64,000 nt of DNA from Felis catus. Its lineage: Eukaryota. Within the stretch, counting starts at the first letter, position 1. Every line of letters starts with the position of its first letter. This document shows, piece after piece, positions 1-12,050 of the stretch. Under the pieces are notes generated by a model. That model was not told the origin of the DNA and did no database searches. It was given only the letters and a program-made list of their open reading frames with translations. The translations under genes and the position numbers were made by a program. The stretch lies in assembly GCF_018350175.1 (NCBI RefSeq), contig NC_058382.1, forward strand, positions 52,578,001-52,642,000, given 5' to 3'.

Positions 1-426
1 CTATCCTCCCATCCTTGAATCTGGGCTACCTGTATGGACCCGCTTGCAACTAATTAGAATGTGGTGCAAGGGACATTATGGGATTTCTCTTAGGTGGCAA
101 AAGATGATTTGGCTCCCATCTGGGTCTGTCTCACTCATGCGATGCTTACCTTTGGAGCCTGGCCACCATGCTGTGAGGAAGTTCAATCCAGCTCACGTGG
201 AAGGACCACACAGGGAGGCCCCGATGGGGAGGAACTGAGGCCCCGTCAACCATCAGACCGAAAGGGAATGACGGAGCCTTCAGACGATTCCGCCTTCCAA
301 ATGTCACGGTCCCCGTGGTGCCCTGTTCAAATTCCTGACTCCCAAAATGCATGAACAGAATAAGTGGTTGTCTTATACCTCTTAAGTTTTGGGATAATTT
401 GATACAGAGATTTAATACCTGGAATA
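1..426 (+). mobile_element. MaLR solo LTR (MLT1G/H-like), cut by window edge
   Basis: MLT1 motifs ccaccatgctgtgaggaag, ggaggaactgaggcccc, aaattcctgactccc and ttaagttttgggataattt near the 3' end. Confidence 0.75.
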
Positions 427-903
427 TGCTTTAATCAATATTCTCAGGTAATTAATTTTTTTTATCAGAAATTAAACCTTTATACTTAATTAACCACCTG
501 GATATGGTATGGGCATATCTGACTCTAAGGAACTTTGACTCCAATCCTTTAGTTAATTTAAATAACATAGAAGTAGATCAATGGAAATTAGTTTAGATAC
601 TCCTGAGCTGGCCTATTTCCCTATGGCTTTTGAGTCTATGGCAGGTAGAAGTAATTGTTTCTGTAATTCTTAGCAAAAGCTTAGGAGGAGTTGCCTCCAT
701 TGGGTTTGACCCCCTCCCTTCTTGAGACGTAGCCTGATGTTTTAGAAAGAATAAAGAGACAGCATTTATTTTGTGTTGTTACAGACTTGAATGGATGGCT
801 ATTTGTCACTTCCCATCTTTTCTTGCTAGATTTTTCTGGACTCCTTCCTTGACCCGCTCATCCCGTCCTCTTTTCTATAGTTTTCACATTTAATCCTGTA
901 AAA

Positions 904-1145
904 CAGTGTTTCCCAAGCTTGATTTTTATACCACCTTCACCATGATTGGCCTCTTTGCTCGTCTGTCATATTATTTGGTTTTAATTTATCTTTATAAATA
1001 CTTGGATAATTATGTGAAGCTCTTTATAAGGAAAGTTTTATATTCCTGACATAAATGGAAGAGCGGTCTCATTTGTCATAAATACAAAATATTCATAAAA
1101 ATAAATATAAAGGGAAAAAAACCAGTGGTATTCAATTCTGGTTAG
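904..1145. mobile_element. Ancient hAT-Charlie-like DNA transposon fragment
   Basis: Starts with a hAT-like terminus cagtgtttcccaa; AT-rich body resembles the segment at 20700-20900. Confidence 0.45.
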
Positions 1146-1553
1146 CTACTTATGATCGCCAGGGAGTCTGAAATTGAAGTGTTAGGCGTTAAAGACGCAC
1201 CCAAGCAAGATTCTTTTTGTTTCTTATGGTAAGTACAAGGATTGTGAGAGAATTGAAAAGGGTGTTTTTTTCCTTCTTCTTGTATGTCTCGGGAGTACAG
1301 TCTCGGGAGTCTCAAATTTGCCTTCAATATCTGTATGTCACTTTTGCCCAGAACGCCTTTCCCATAATATTCCTAATCAGAATTTCATAAATATTTGTTG
1401 TGTTAATGAACCTATTTGTCTTTTGCATTCCTAGAGGGCTTTTGGCTGACATTTCTAGCCAACGTAGCCACCCCCATACCTATTTCGGAAGTACGTGAGG
1501 TCCTTGAGCTAGCCGAGATTGAGGGCAGGGCTGGTTTATGTGTAACTTAAGGC

Positions 1554-2028
1554 TGTGATGATTAATTTTATACGTCAGTTAGACTGAGCGTGGGGTACTC
1601 GGCTATTTGGCCAAACAGTATTCTGGGTGTGTCTGTGAGGGTGTTTGGGGATGAGATTAACATTTGGATTTGTGGACCGAGTAAATTAGATTGCCCTCTC
1701 TAAAGTGAGTGGGCCTCGTCTAATCAGTTGAGGGCCTGCCTAGAGCAAAATGCTGACTCTCTCAGGAGTAAGGGAGAGAGAACTCCTGCTGCCAGAGTTC
1801 CTCGAGCTGGGCATTGGTGTTTTTGCTGCCTCTGGCCTCAGACTGTGGCCTCAGCCCTTCTCGGGTCTCCAAGCTGCCAGCTTCAAGACTGGGGATTTAC
1901 ACCCTTGGCTGTCCAGCTGGCCAACTAAAGATCTGGGGCCCTCTCAGCCTCCGTAATCACATGTGCCAATTTCTTACAGTTAATATCTCCTGTAGGTTCT
2001 GTTTCTCTGCTGAACCTTGACTAATACA
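1554..2028 (+). mobile_element. ERVL solo LTR (MLT2 family), complete
   Basis: TG...CA termini (tgtgatgattaatttt ... gactaataca); MLT2 motif gtgtctgtgagggtgttt..gatgagattaacattt; near-perfect 5-bp TSD aaggc/gaggc. Confidence 0.9.
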
Positions 2029-2579
2029 GAGGCAATGTCCTGTTTGGAGGTGCTTTGATTCTAGGGATCCTTCAGATGTTAACTATAAACATTCCAGTTT
2101 TGCACTCAGCCGTATAGGTTTTCAGAGCACGTGTCTAGGGTTGTGTTGCAAGCACAGACCCGCCCTATATTTGAGGAGAGGGCAGCAGGTTGTCCCGTTC
2201 TAAGCATCTTCGCCTTCTCGTGGAGTCACCATGCCGTCCTCAGCTACCGCGGCACCTGCCCTATGCACTGGTCCTGTCTGTCATGGCCGCAGTGGCCTCT
2301 GACTCCACAGAATGCTGCGGACTGAAGCCCAGCTCCCCTGCTGCCGTGCAGCGTCAGGTTGGGGCCTTGTGAATCTCACATGCTCCATACCCTATGCTCT
2401 CTGGGCCGAATCCACGCAAGTATCTGTCCCACATATGGACCAGGGATCTGAACACAGTTTTGTCTCCCTCCACATCCTTCCTTTTACCTCTCAGTAGGTA
2501 GGCCCTCCCAGTTTACGTGTCAGATACCTGGTAGGCCCACCTCAAGACATTCTGGCTTTTACTGATTTTGTTTTTTAAA

Positions 2580-2990
2580 CTGCCTGAGCTTGAGTCACCT
2601 AGAAGCAGAGCCTGAGACAGGGATTTGGTTGCACATACTTCCTGGAGGGTGTGTTCTCGGAGGTGATGGGTGAGGAAAACAAAGTAGGAGAAGGGAAAGG
2701 AGTCAAGGGAAGATGTGGCCTCAAGTGGTGTCTACTTTTGTCTCAATGCCAGGGGTTCCTGGGGTGCAAATCGCACCTCAGAGCTGGTCCAACTAGAGGC
2801 CCGAGGGCCAGTCTGTTGAACCCCCATAGGAGGTAGTCCTAGCCCATCCCTGGTAGGGGCTTTTCCTTCCCAGGTGTCTCGGGTGAGGTGAGCAAGGACA
2901 TCGGCCAAAGATAATTCCCCAGAGAAGGTCTCAAAACTGGGAGACGGCCCAGTGGCTAGTAAATGAGGATCTGATGGTGGGGGAACCAAC
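2580..2990 (-). mobile_element. Ancient ERVL/MaLR-type LTR remnant
   Basis: agaagcagagcctgagacagggattt motif typical of old ERVL LTR ends in antisense. Confidence 0.5.
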
Positions 2991-4481
2991 GTTTTCTGCT
3001 TCTCTCCTTCTAGTCGGCGCCCTTTGCCCTCTTCTCAGCCCTCCTGGGTGCCTCATTTTCGTACAGACACACACCCAAGTTGAAGATTACCCGTAGCTCA
3101 CCACATTTTTCAGGTATCTGGTGTCCATTTTGTTGCTGCCTTAGTCACAGCAGCCCATAAAACAGATTCCAGGGCCGAGACTCGATTTGCAGAGTGACAA
3201 AGGGAGGCCTCAATGTAATTAAATTTCCTGGATTCTGTCCGAAGAGAAAAAAGGTGTAAAACTCTAGGAATCGCCGATGATTGCCCGCCCCTTTGCTGAC
3301 TGCCTTTGTTCTTTCTCCCCACGTTCCTGTCTCGCGGAGACTGAAGAAATCCCTGTAAGGCTCGGGGGGGGGCATCCTGGGCGGGCTGTCTCCAGGTCAC
3401 TCTTTCCCCTCACCTGTCCCTCCCAAAGGCCACACGTTCCCAGTCAGTCGGTTCCGTTTATCAGTATTTATTGCCCTTAAGCCATCTCCCCCATCCCAGG
3501 AGGAAGGCGCTAACGTGATTCTGTGAGTTCTAATGTACCGGGGACCTCACTGTCGGAGCCACGCTGGGTTGTGTGGCCTTAAGCAACTCCAGGTTGCAAC
3601 TCCAGGGCTCCTAAGTGGCAGCTGACAACTTCCAGAAAGCTAGAGGTTCTGATTATGTCTTTCTGAAAAACAGTTCTATTAGGTACAAGTGACATTTTTA
3701 AGCCCCTGTGTGTGCGCGGCTCGTAAAAGTTCAGGAGGTTGTCAGCGAGAGGCTGCAGCCATTTCCAGCTGCCAGGGGCTGTTGGCATTGAAAATGTAAC
3801 TGTCTTCATTCCTAACATTATACGAAGTGTGTTCTTGCCGCTGGGTGAAATAGATTCGTGGTCGTTATTGCTTTTTGGTTATTATCAATAATTGGACACA
3901 AAAAATCGGTATTTACGTATAACTGCTAATCTGAAGATTATCGCTTATACATGACTCTGGGCTTTGCAAATCGACATCTGGCCTCAGTTGGGCGACGTAA
4001 AGGGAATTTTTAAATAACCAGATTTCCACTGCTTTGGGACAACTGGCGTATGAAAATATGAATGTGTCTGTATTTTTCTCACTTTGATGAGACAGGTACA
4101 TGTTTGTACAAAACAGCTACTCCCGTGGCCCCCTTAACACTCCTTCATGTGTTTTATTATGCTTTGAGGCTTTGGAAGCCTCCCCCCTGCCACGATCTCA
4201 TTCGCGTCTCCCGGCCACACAGGCAGGAGGTGAGCCCGGTGAGACTGCCCATTTGACGGATGTGAATGTGGACAGAGGCCACAGCTGGGCTCAGAACACA
4301 GCTGCCTGGTCCTAGGGTCCTAACCACACTGCCCTCGTCCTGAAGATTAAGAGGTAGGGGGTGGACAGGAATCTTCCTCTAAACATTTTCCACTCTTCAT
4401 GACTTTGTGCCCATTTGGCTTCTGCTGTTTCTTTTCCCTCATCCCTGGGTCCCTTAAATGCCACGTCCTGTATCACCAATT

Positions 4482-4684
4482 AAAAGAATTTGTTTAATGT
4501 TTATTTTTGAGAGAGAGAGAGAGAGCAGGGGAGGGGCAGAGAGAGAGGGAGACAGAATCCGAAGCAGGCTCCAGGCTCCGAGCTGTCAGCACAGAGCCTG
4601 ATGTGGGACTTAAACTCACAGACTGCAAGATCATGACCCGAGCTGAAGTTGGAAGCTTAACCGACTGAGCCACCCAGGGGCCCC
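4482..4684 (-). mobile_element. Can-SINE (SINEC_Fc-type)
   Basis: Antisense tRNA-derived head, (GA)n tract and tail; degenerate TSD tgtatcaccaatt/tgtatcagcagtt. Confidence 0.95.
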
Positions 4685-5352
4685 TGTATCAGCAGTTTAG
4701 TCTTGGCTCTAGGACACATAGGATGATGAGACACAATTCACTGGTGAGGAGTCATGGCTTCCTGGTTGACCGTACCTTCTCTGTCACCAGACTCACATAC
4801 TCCATGGCTGAAAAGTCACGGAGGCTTGTGACAGGCCAAGAGTAATCTCTGTACCCTGGGTGACTTCTCAGCCGCACAGTGACCTCCCCTAAGCCAAGGC
4901 TGTAACTCTTTTCCTGGATGCTTATGTACCTCGTTCCAAAGGTGTCTATTGAGTGAATGCAGGGCCCCGAAGAGCATTCTTGGTGATGCTTCAGGGAAGG
5001 ATGTTCGCTCAGCTCGGTCAGCGCAAGCTGGTCATAGCCGGGTGTGGTAGCCCAGCCTTCTCCACCCCTGCCTGCGGGGGGACAGCAGGACCATGTTTAG
5101 GCAGCCATTACCGAGGAGCCTACCGAGGGCCACGAGCTTTCAGGAAGCAAACCACCCATCTTCAGAAGTCCTAGGGTCCCCCAAGCACTGAGAAGGTTTT
5201 GTAGAAGGGAGCGGGCTGCCTGACAGAGGGTCTGTTGAACAGAGGTCTGCGCAGGGGTGGCTATTGAGAGACTCCTTGTTACAAGGAAACAGTGGCTGTG
5301 TTTTTGAATATTTGGGGTCAGACAAAATAGGAGAATTGCCCATCTCGTTACC

Positions 5353-5354
5353 CA

Positions 5355-5394
<40 letters not shown>
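5353..5394. repeat. (CG)n(CA)n compound microsatellite
   Basis: Seen directly. Confidence 0.95.
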
Positions 5395-5396
<2 letters not shown>

Positions 5397-6502
5397 TATC
5401 CCTCAGGAAGTTACACCACACGCTGTCCCCCAAAACAAGATCCTGCCTCAGGAGCTAAGTATTGAAGGGTAGCCTGCATTGTCCCACCTTCAGCCACCTG
5501 CACCTGGGACCTCCTTTGCCCATGGCCCCTCTCCACTGCTTCGAATTACAGCCCATGTCTGCCTTAGCCCCTGTGCCACATTGTGCTGCCGAGTCCAAAA
5601 GCTTTTCATCTTGCAAGATGAAAACCCGGGTTTCTTAGAAAACCCGCCCCGAGCCCCCGAGCTGCAGTTGAAAGAGAGATTCCGGAAGGGCCGGGGTCTC
5701 GGGGCACGCTTCCCACCCTGCTGTGACTCACAGGTGCGCTGTGCCCACGTGCGTCCGTGGGAAATTGCCCACCGGGGGCTCCTGAAAGTTGACTCGAGCT
5801 GCTTCATGTGGTGCAGAGCGAATGCCGCGTGGTTTGCGAAGACAGTCCCGTGGATGGCGCTTGGCAGGAGCTATCCGCCTGGACCTTGGCCCCCCCGCAG
5901 GGCGCAGGGGTGGGGGGCAGACAGCCTCGGGAAGACGGCTCCCGTGGCTCTGGCCGAGGCGGAGGCCACCGTTCAGGACTCCAGCTGCACAAGGGGATCC
6001 CTACGTGTATGGTAACTGAGAGCGTGCCCCTCCTCCCGGGCGTGGGGGTGCCATTTAATTTCTCTTAGTGCTGGACGGGGACTTGGTGGAATTGATTTGG
6101 CAAAAAGGTTAATGCATTGTTATGGCTTCCAGTTGGCCGATTGAGTCGCTGGTAATTGGGCAGGGGAAGCATTTAGTTGGACGCGCTGAGAGCAGGTCCA
6201 CCCAGCTGGTACCTTGGCTGCAGCAGATTCTCCGTGCGCATGTGCACGTGTGTGTGCGTGGCTCACACACTCACCTGCTCCTGTTTTCACTCCTTCTGCC
6301 CTCCCCTGTGACACAAGGGCCTGTCGTCACCTTGCTCTGCCTGCTCGCCAGCCCCCCCCCCCCCCAACCCCTGGAGAAAAGACAAGACAAGAGCTTCCTT
6401 CTCTTCTGTGTCGTGTTGTTGGAGAGCTGTGCACGCGCGGGCCCTTCTCTTTTACACGCCGGGGCTCTCCTAGGTGCGAGGTACCAAGGAGGAATCACTA
6501 GG

Positions 6503-6725
6503 GCGGGGTCAGCAGACTTCAGCCCACATCACATCTCTCCCACCACTTGTTCTTATAAATAAGGTTTTATTGGGACACAGCCACCCCCCCATCGTTCAGG
6601 ATTTGCCTCGGGCTGCATTCACCGGGTGGAAAGTTGAATAGTAGCCACGGAGAAGGGAAGCCACCCCTTCCCTAAAGCCTAGAATATTCCTCTGGACCTG
6701 AAACCGAAAACACTTGCTAACCCTT
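6503..6725. mobile_element. MER58-like hAT-Charlie MITE
   Basis: taaataaggttttattgggacacagccac ... aaagcctagaatatt ... cttgctaaccct match recalled MER58A motifs. Confidence 0.75.
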
Positions 6726-7090
6726 TGGGTTTCTAGATTTAGCAAATCAAAATACAAGATTCCCGGGGCGCCTGGCTGACTCAGTTGGTTGGGTGTCTGA
6801 TTCTTGATTTTGGCTCAGGTCACGATCTCAGGGTCCGTGAGATCGAGCCCCGCATCGAGCCCCGCACTGGGCTCTGCACTGTTAGTGCTTGGGATTCGCT
6901 CCCGCCCTCTCTCTCTGCCCCTTCCCAGCTCCTGTGTGCGTGCTCTCTCTCCCTCTCACAATAAATAAATAAACTTAAAAAAAAAAAAACAAAAACAAGA
7001 TGCCCACCTACATTTTAATCTAAGATAAACAGTGCATAATTTTTCTTAGCCAAGTTCTGTCTCAGTTCTAACTGGGCAGCCTGTGTGTGT
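6726..7090. mobile_element. MER53-like hAT MITE interrupted by a Can-SINE
   Basis: gggtttctagatttagcaaatcaaaatacaaga | tgccc...agataaaca...ataattttt ... taactgggcagcctgt follow the MER53 pattern on both sides of the SINE. Confidence 0.7.
6765..6989 (+). mobile_element. Can-SINE (older subfamily)
   Basis: ggggcgcctggct head, CT tract, aataaa and polyA; TSD aaaatacaagattccc/caaaaacaagatgccc (13/16). Confidence 0.95.
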
Positions 7091-7405
7091 GCCTCTGGGT
7101 ACCCGGCCACGCCTGTCCTGGGCTAGAGGAAAGCAGAACTGTAGCTCCTGTTTCGTTTAACTTTTATCTCATTTCATCTCAGTTCCCACTTCTTTGAACG
7201 TTTGGTAATATCATAGCTCGTGGCGTTATTACATCGTTTGTAGATAAACAAGTGGACAACTTTTGAGGGTATGCTCAAAATTGAATTTTGCTGCACTGGT
7301 CCATGATCAAAGCAGTTTGGGGGCCACCGAGAGAGCAGGGGAGCCTCCTGCCCGTGTTGACTCTCATTCTGGTGAAGTATAGCTGGAGGAAAGAACCTAA
7401 ATTCA

Positions 7406-7620
7406 AAAAAGATTTTTTTAACATTTATTTATTTTTGAGAGACAGAGAGAGAGAGAGAGCAGGGGAGGGGCAGAGAGAGAGGGAGACACAGAATCCGAAG
7501 CAGGCTCCAGGCTCCGCGCTGTCAGCACGGAGCCCGACGCGGGGCTCGAACCCATGAACCGTGAGATCGTGACCTGAGCCGAAGTCAGACGCTCGACCGC
7601 CTGCGCCACCCAGGTGCCCC
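7406..7620 (-). mobile_element. Can-SINE (SINEC_Fc-type), CpG-rich
   Basis: Full-length antisense copy; TSD aaagaacctaaattca/aaagaacttaaattca (15/16). Confidence 0.95.
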
Positions 7621-8627
7621 TCAAAGAACTTAAATTCATCTCTGTCTTATCTCTAGGTTCCATGTTCTCGGGTGCGAATGGAGAGAACAGTTCATTCCTA
7701 GATAGGGTGATGGTGAAAACCCACTGGACATTTCCATCTGTATTGTTGACCAGAGCCTATGGGATTGGGCGGGTGCTCCGTGCGTATTCTCTTTCCTTCT
7801 ACTCCAATCTCTAGGGAATGGAAAGTGTGGAGGGTCCCCACAGCGCCATGGGCAAACCCTCCTCAAACTGGGCCTTCTCTCCCTAGCTGCATTCCGGCTC
7901 TGCTGGGTGACTCACTCGCGGGTCAGAGTGTTTGTGTCTGGAGAGTCAGAGCACCCTGCCCTGTGGTTTCAGTTCACATGGGGTTCGGTGACATGGTTTT
8001 GTTTTCACTTTGGTTTATCGTGTGAGTTTCCATCCTTCATCTCTTTTGTACCTGGCATTCTTGTGAAACTTTGGGGATTCATCTGAAATCGTCCACTGAA
8101 CAGCCGCCGCTGTGACTGCCGTGGTTCGCAGTAAGGGCAAGGGGGCTCCCCGGCGTGGCATCCGTTCAGGCGGTGGCCGTGTCCCTGGCGGCGTCCTCGT
8201 GAGAGAAAGGGCAGGGTCTTGGCTCGTGGGAAAACAGAAGGGGCCTCCTTCGTGTCTCCCAAGCATACCCTGCCCCGGTCTACGACGTTGCCCCCAAGCT
8301 CACGAACAGGAAGTGAACTGTACCAGCCACCTTTCTCCTTGCAGGAGACGCGAGCATCTTCGTGAGGGTGCCGCAGCGGTCCAAAAGCGTTGCTGCTACG
8401 TGGGAAGCCGGTCTGTGATTCTCATCTATTTCCAGGGCGCGGTGGAGACTGCCAAAAAGAGGGCCACTCTTCCTGCCCAGGAGAGCAAAGGGTGTCTCAT
8501 CTCTCTGGGTGTTAGATGGCAGTGATAAGTCGAGCAGAGGAACGGTGGCCCAACCCCTGTTTGTCGCTCAGAGGCCAGAATTCCCGTCCTCTGTCATTGT
8601 AAACAGACAATGAATGAAGGTTTTCTC

Positions 8628-9370
8628 CCCTTCATTCATTCATGCGTTCATTTGTTCACCAACAAAACTTTCCTGGGGATCCACTCCATCCACGTCTTGC
8701 CCTGTGCCACACAAATGAAATACTAAGTGATTCAGACTCGGTAGCTACCCTCAAGAGGCCATGTTTAGAGGAGAAATCGGAGAAGTAAGTGAGGTTTTGA
8801 AGGTGCTGTGACGAGCCTCGGGGTCCAGAAAGCAGCATGTGCTTTCAGAGCCCTGTAAAGGACTCTTGGACGCAGATAAGGTGATACTTCAGTTGGGCTC
8901 TGAGGCCTGAGTAGGAGTTTGCTAAAAGAAGAAGGGGTTTATTGGGCACCTGGGTAGCTCAGTTGGTTAAGCGTCTCAGTTGGGCTCAGGTCACTATCTC
9001 ACAGCTTGACAGCTCAGAGCCTGGAGCCTGCTTTGGATTCTGTGTGCGTGGGTGTCTCTCTCTCTCTCTCTGTTCCTCCCCCGTTCACACTCTCTGTCTG
9101 TCTCTGTCTCTCAAAATAAATAGACATTAAAAAAGAAAATTGTTTAAAAAATAAAGATGAAAAGAAGAAGAAGAATGGGTTTGGCCCAAAGCATGATACA
9201 CTGAGGGAACAGGAAGTGTGAGGCCCAGGCTCAAAACCGCCGGGTAGGTCTGAGAAGCTGACCCTGATTTTTGGTTCGTATTTATTTGTTTATTTTGAAG
9301 AGTTGCATGAGCATTGTGTTCAGAGGAGGCCAGCGGGGACCAGATGAGGAAGGGGCTGTGGGCTACACTG
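8628..9370 (-). mobile_element. L2 3' fragment interrupted by a Can-SINE
   Basis: (ttca)n L2 tail in antisense followed by degenerate L2 body that resumes after the SINE. Confidence 0.6.
8944..9165 (+). mobile_element. Can-SINE with internal deletion
   Basis: gggcacctgggtagctcagttggttaagcgtc head, CT tract and A-rich tail; flanks aagaagaaggggttt/aagaagaatgggttt. Confidence 0.9.
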
Positions 9371-10332
9371 CCTTTCTGTTATCTGAATGCAACGTGGAAA
9401 ATATGAATTACAAAGGAGATAAAAAGTAAAACTGGCTTCTCAGCCTGAAAACCCACACGATGACTAGACTGAAGTCATCAGGTAAGGAGAGAACAAAACT
9501 CACATGTGTCTCAAAGCTTTAGCAGCCCCCAGCTTCCTGCCACATCAAGTCTCAGTCCCTCTACCTGATACGTGCGCAACCTGCCCTGATCCGGTATCTC
9601 CCCACGTCTGGCTTCCCGGCCTCTGCTTCTCAGCCCATGTCATTTACTTGGTGCTGGCCAGGGATCCCTGCCATTTGCATCTGATTGATGAAGAAACTGG
9701 GGTCCCCAGAGGTTGAGAACTTACCTAAGGGACACAGAGCAAGTTCCGGGTGGAGTTTGGGCTTAACCCTGCCTCCCTTTGTGGAAGCCAGGCTCTTTCC
9801 TGGAAGAACCCAGCCTCATGGCACTTGGTCAGCCGCCGTGGAGCAACTGATAACAATCAAGTCTTTGAGCAAGTGTTGGGCTGAGCCCGGCGTCTTCCCG
9901 CACTTTCCTGCCATCCCTTTCCAAAGCCCGAGTTTCCAAGGCTTCATGCCATGGGTACTTGGCTTTGAGAAAAATGAGCGTATTTTTCATTCTTGTTGCC
10001 AGTCTTCCCCTGTGTCAGGGCCATTATGCCCTCCTTGCTCGGGATTGTGCTAAAATGCACAATGTGGAGGGACCTCATTTTAATGTTCATTGTTTGGGGG
10101 TGGGGGGGGGGTCACTCCACAGAGGGGTGTGTGTGGGGAGTCTTCTCTCTTTGACTCTTTTCCTTGGATCTGCTTGGAAACGTAGCGTTTTAAAGACCTT
10201 CTTGGCTGGAGGGTTTTTTATTGTAAACATAAAACATTCATTGAAACATTAAATATTTTACAGCTGCTTTTCAGCACATAAATTTTCATAGATACCCACC
10301 CCCTCACTGCCACACCCTTCTCATATAGTTTT

Positions 10333-10419
10333 CCTTCCTCCTCCTCCTCTTCCTTTCCCTCCTCCTTTCCCCCTCCTCCTTTCCCCCCCTCCTTCTCCTC
10401 CTCCTCTTCCTTTCCCCTC
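10333..10419. repeat. Pure C/T (CCT-rich) low-complexity tract
   Basis: About 87 nt of uninterrupted pyrimidines. Confidence 0.9.
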
Positions 10420-10969
10420 AAATAGTTCCAAGACCAAAGCTGGGGGGGCGGGGGGGCTACACTTCTGATAAACTATAACAGGAGACGTAGGTCATCCAGT
10501 TTGGAAAAGCACACTGTATTTTAGCCCAGTGAAGAATGACAGAGCTCTGCCAAGGAAAACAAACACTCCTGCTCCTTCCCGCCCCAGCTTGAGCCACTGT
10601 GAGGCCGAACCCTATGCCAGGCCTGAGGAGGCTACTGGGCATGCCTCAGACGTGCCTCCTCTCCCAGCCAGAGTGGCAGGAAGGCTGACTCTGAGAAAGC
10701 CAGAAGACCCGCGAGGACCGGTGTTAAGGTGGAACAAGCCAGCGTGTGATTTGTCAAGGGCCGTCTTTCTGATTGGATGATCCATGGGTGGTGTGGCTAC
10801 TCATTAAAGCCAAGTCCACCAGAAGGTTGGCCTAGTTGGTTCCAAAATAGGGCAGGGTGAGCCTGGTGCTCAGAGGCCAGGGGAAAAGTACATGGAGTGG
10901 TGGAAGTCAAAAATCTGCTAAGCTTTGACCCTGATGGGTACTTTGGGAAAGCAAACCAGTTCCCTATGG

Positions 10970-11408
10970 GTGACATGGATTCTTTGGCCCCGTCACAGCT
11001 GTCTATGACCCTTGCCATGGCCTCGTGGTGGGTGGTGTGAACTTCCTTCCTCCTGGATTTTTGACCCTGGTCATGTGATTCTCTTTTGCCCATGAGGCAT
11101 GTCATCCAAAACGATGTGAGCAGAGTCTTGAAATGTGCTTGCATGACTAGATTTATCCCCTTACGCTTCTCTCATGGCCAGTGTCTCTGCAGCTTGAGCC
11201 CCAGAAGGAGACACAGTAAGCAAACCTGGAACCTGAGTTACAGCATGGGGCCAAGTTCTGCCATGCCCAGTCAATATCAGCCAAGCCCAAACCAACCCCT
11301 AGACCAGTGAGTGAAAAAAAAAAAAATCAATATTTATTCATGTGAATCACTGAGTGTCCAAGATTGTTTGTTATGCAGCAGTGTTGTGGCAAGTGCTGAC
11401 TAAGACAC
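10970..11408 (+). mobile_element. MaLR solo LTR (MLT1I/J-like)
   Basis: ggtcatgtga, aaatgtgcttgcatg, agccaagccc and terminal ttgtttgttatgcagca...gctgactaagaca. Confidence 0.75.
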
Positions 11409-11414
11409 CTTCTT

Positions 11415-12050
11415 GTGACTTTGTGTTCTACTTAGAATAAAAGTACATAGTCTCTACTGGGGCCTACACGTCCTGCAGATTTGAACCCCTGCCTTCCTTT
11501 CAGACTGTATTTCACATGGTGCACAATCTTGCCAAATGCCCTCGAGCCACTCTAGTCTTCTTTATATTCCTTGGGCACTCAAAGCCTCAACACACAAAGC
11601 CTCAGGGCCTTTGCACATATTCCTCTTTTTGCCCAGAAAGGGCATGGCCCGTTCTTTCTAATCCTTCTGGGTCAGTTTAAATATCACTTCCTCAGAGGCC
11701 TACCTTGACCACTCTATGTAAATAAAAGCAGTAACAGTGATCATCATTTCATCATTTCCCGATTACTCATACGTGCCAGACTGTGTTCTTGGCATGTCAT
11801 AACAGCCCTATGAGATCGGGGCCGTCATTCGTCCCCCTAGTGTACAGAGGAGGCTGTGAGGTTCAGAGAGGCTTGGCGAGTTGTGCGTGTCACCCAACTA
11901 GGAAATGGTGAAACTGGATTCAAACCCTCTTCCTCTCTACTCACTCTATTTCTTTTCTTCTGAGCACTTCCCACTTTCTGAATATGTGTACGTCCGTTTC
12001 TCCCTTTGCTGTCTGTGTCTTCTTCCCTAGACTATAAGCCCCTGAACTTG
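11415..12050 (+). mobile_element. L2 fragment with an antisense MIR inserted at about 11745-11930
   Basis: L2 motifs cctcagggcctttgcaca and aaatatcacttcctcagagg; MIR core acagaggaggctgtgaggttcagagagg. Confidence 0.7.

Noticed and set aside
5479..6015. 178-aa ORF
   Set aside because: Non-ATG start, GC-rich DNA, several overlapping ORFs, no recognisable domain
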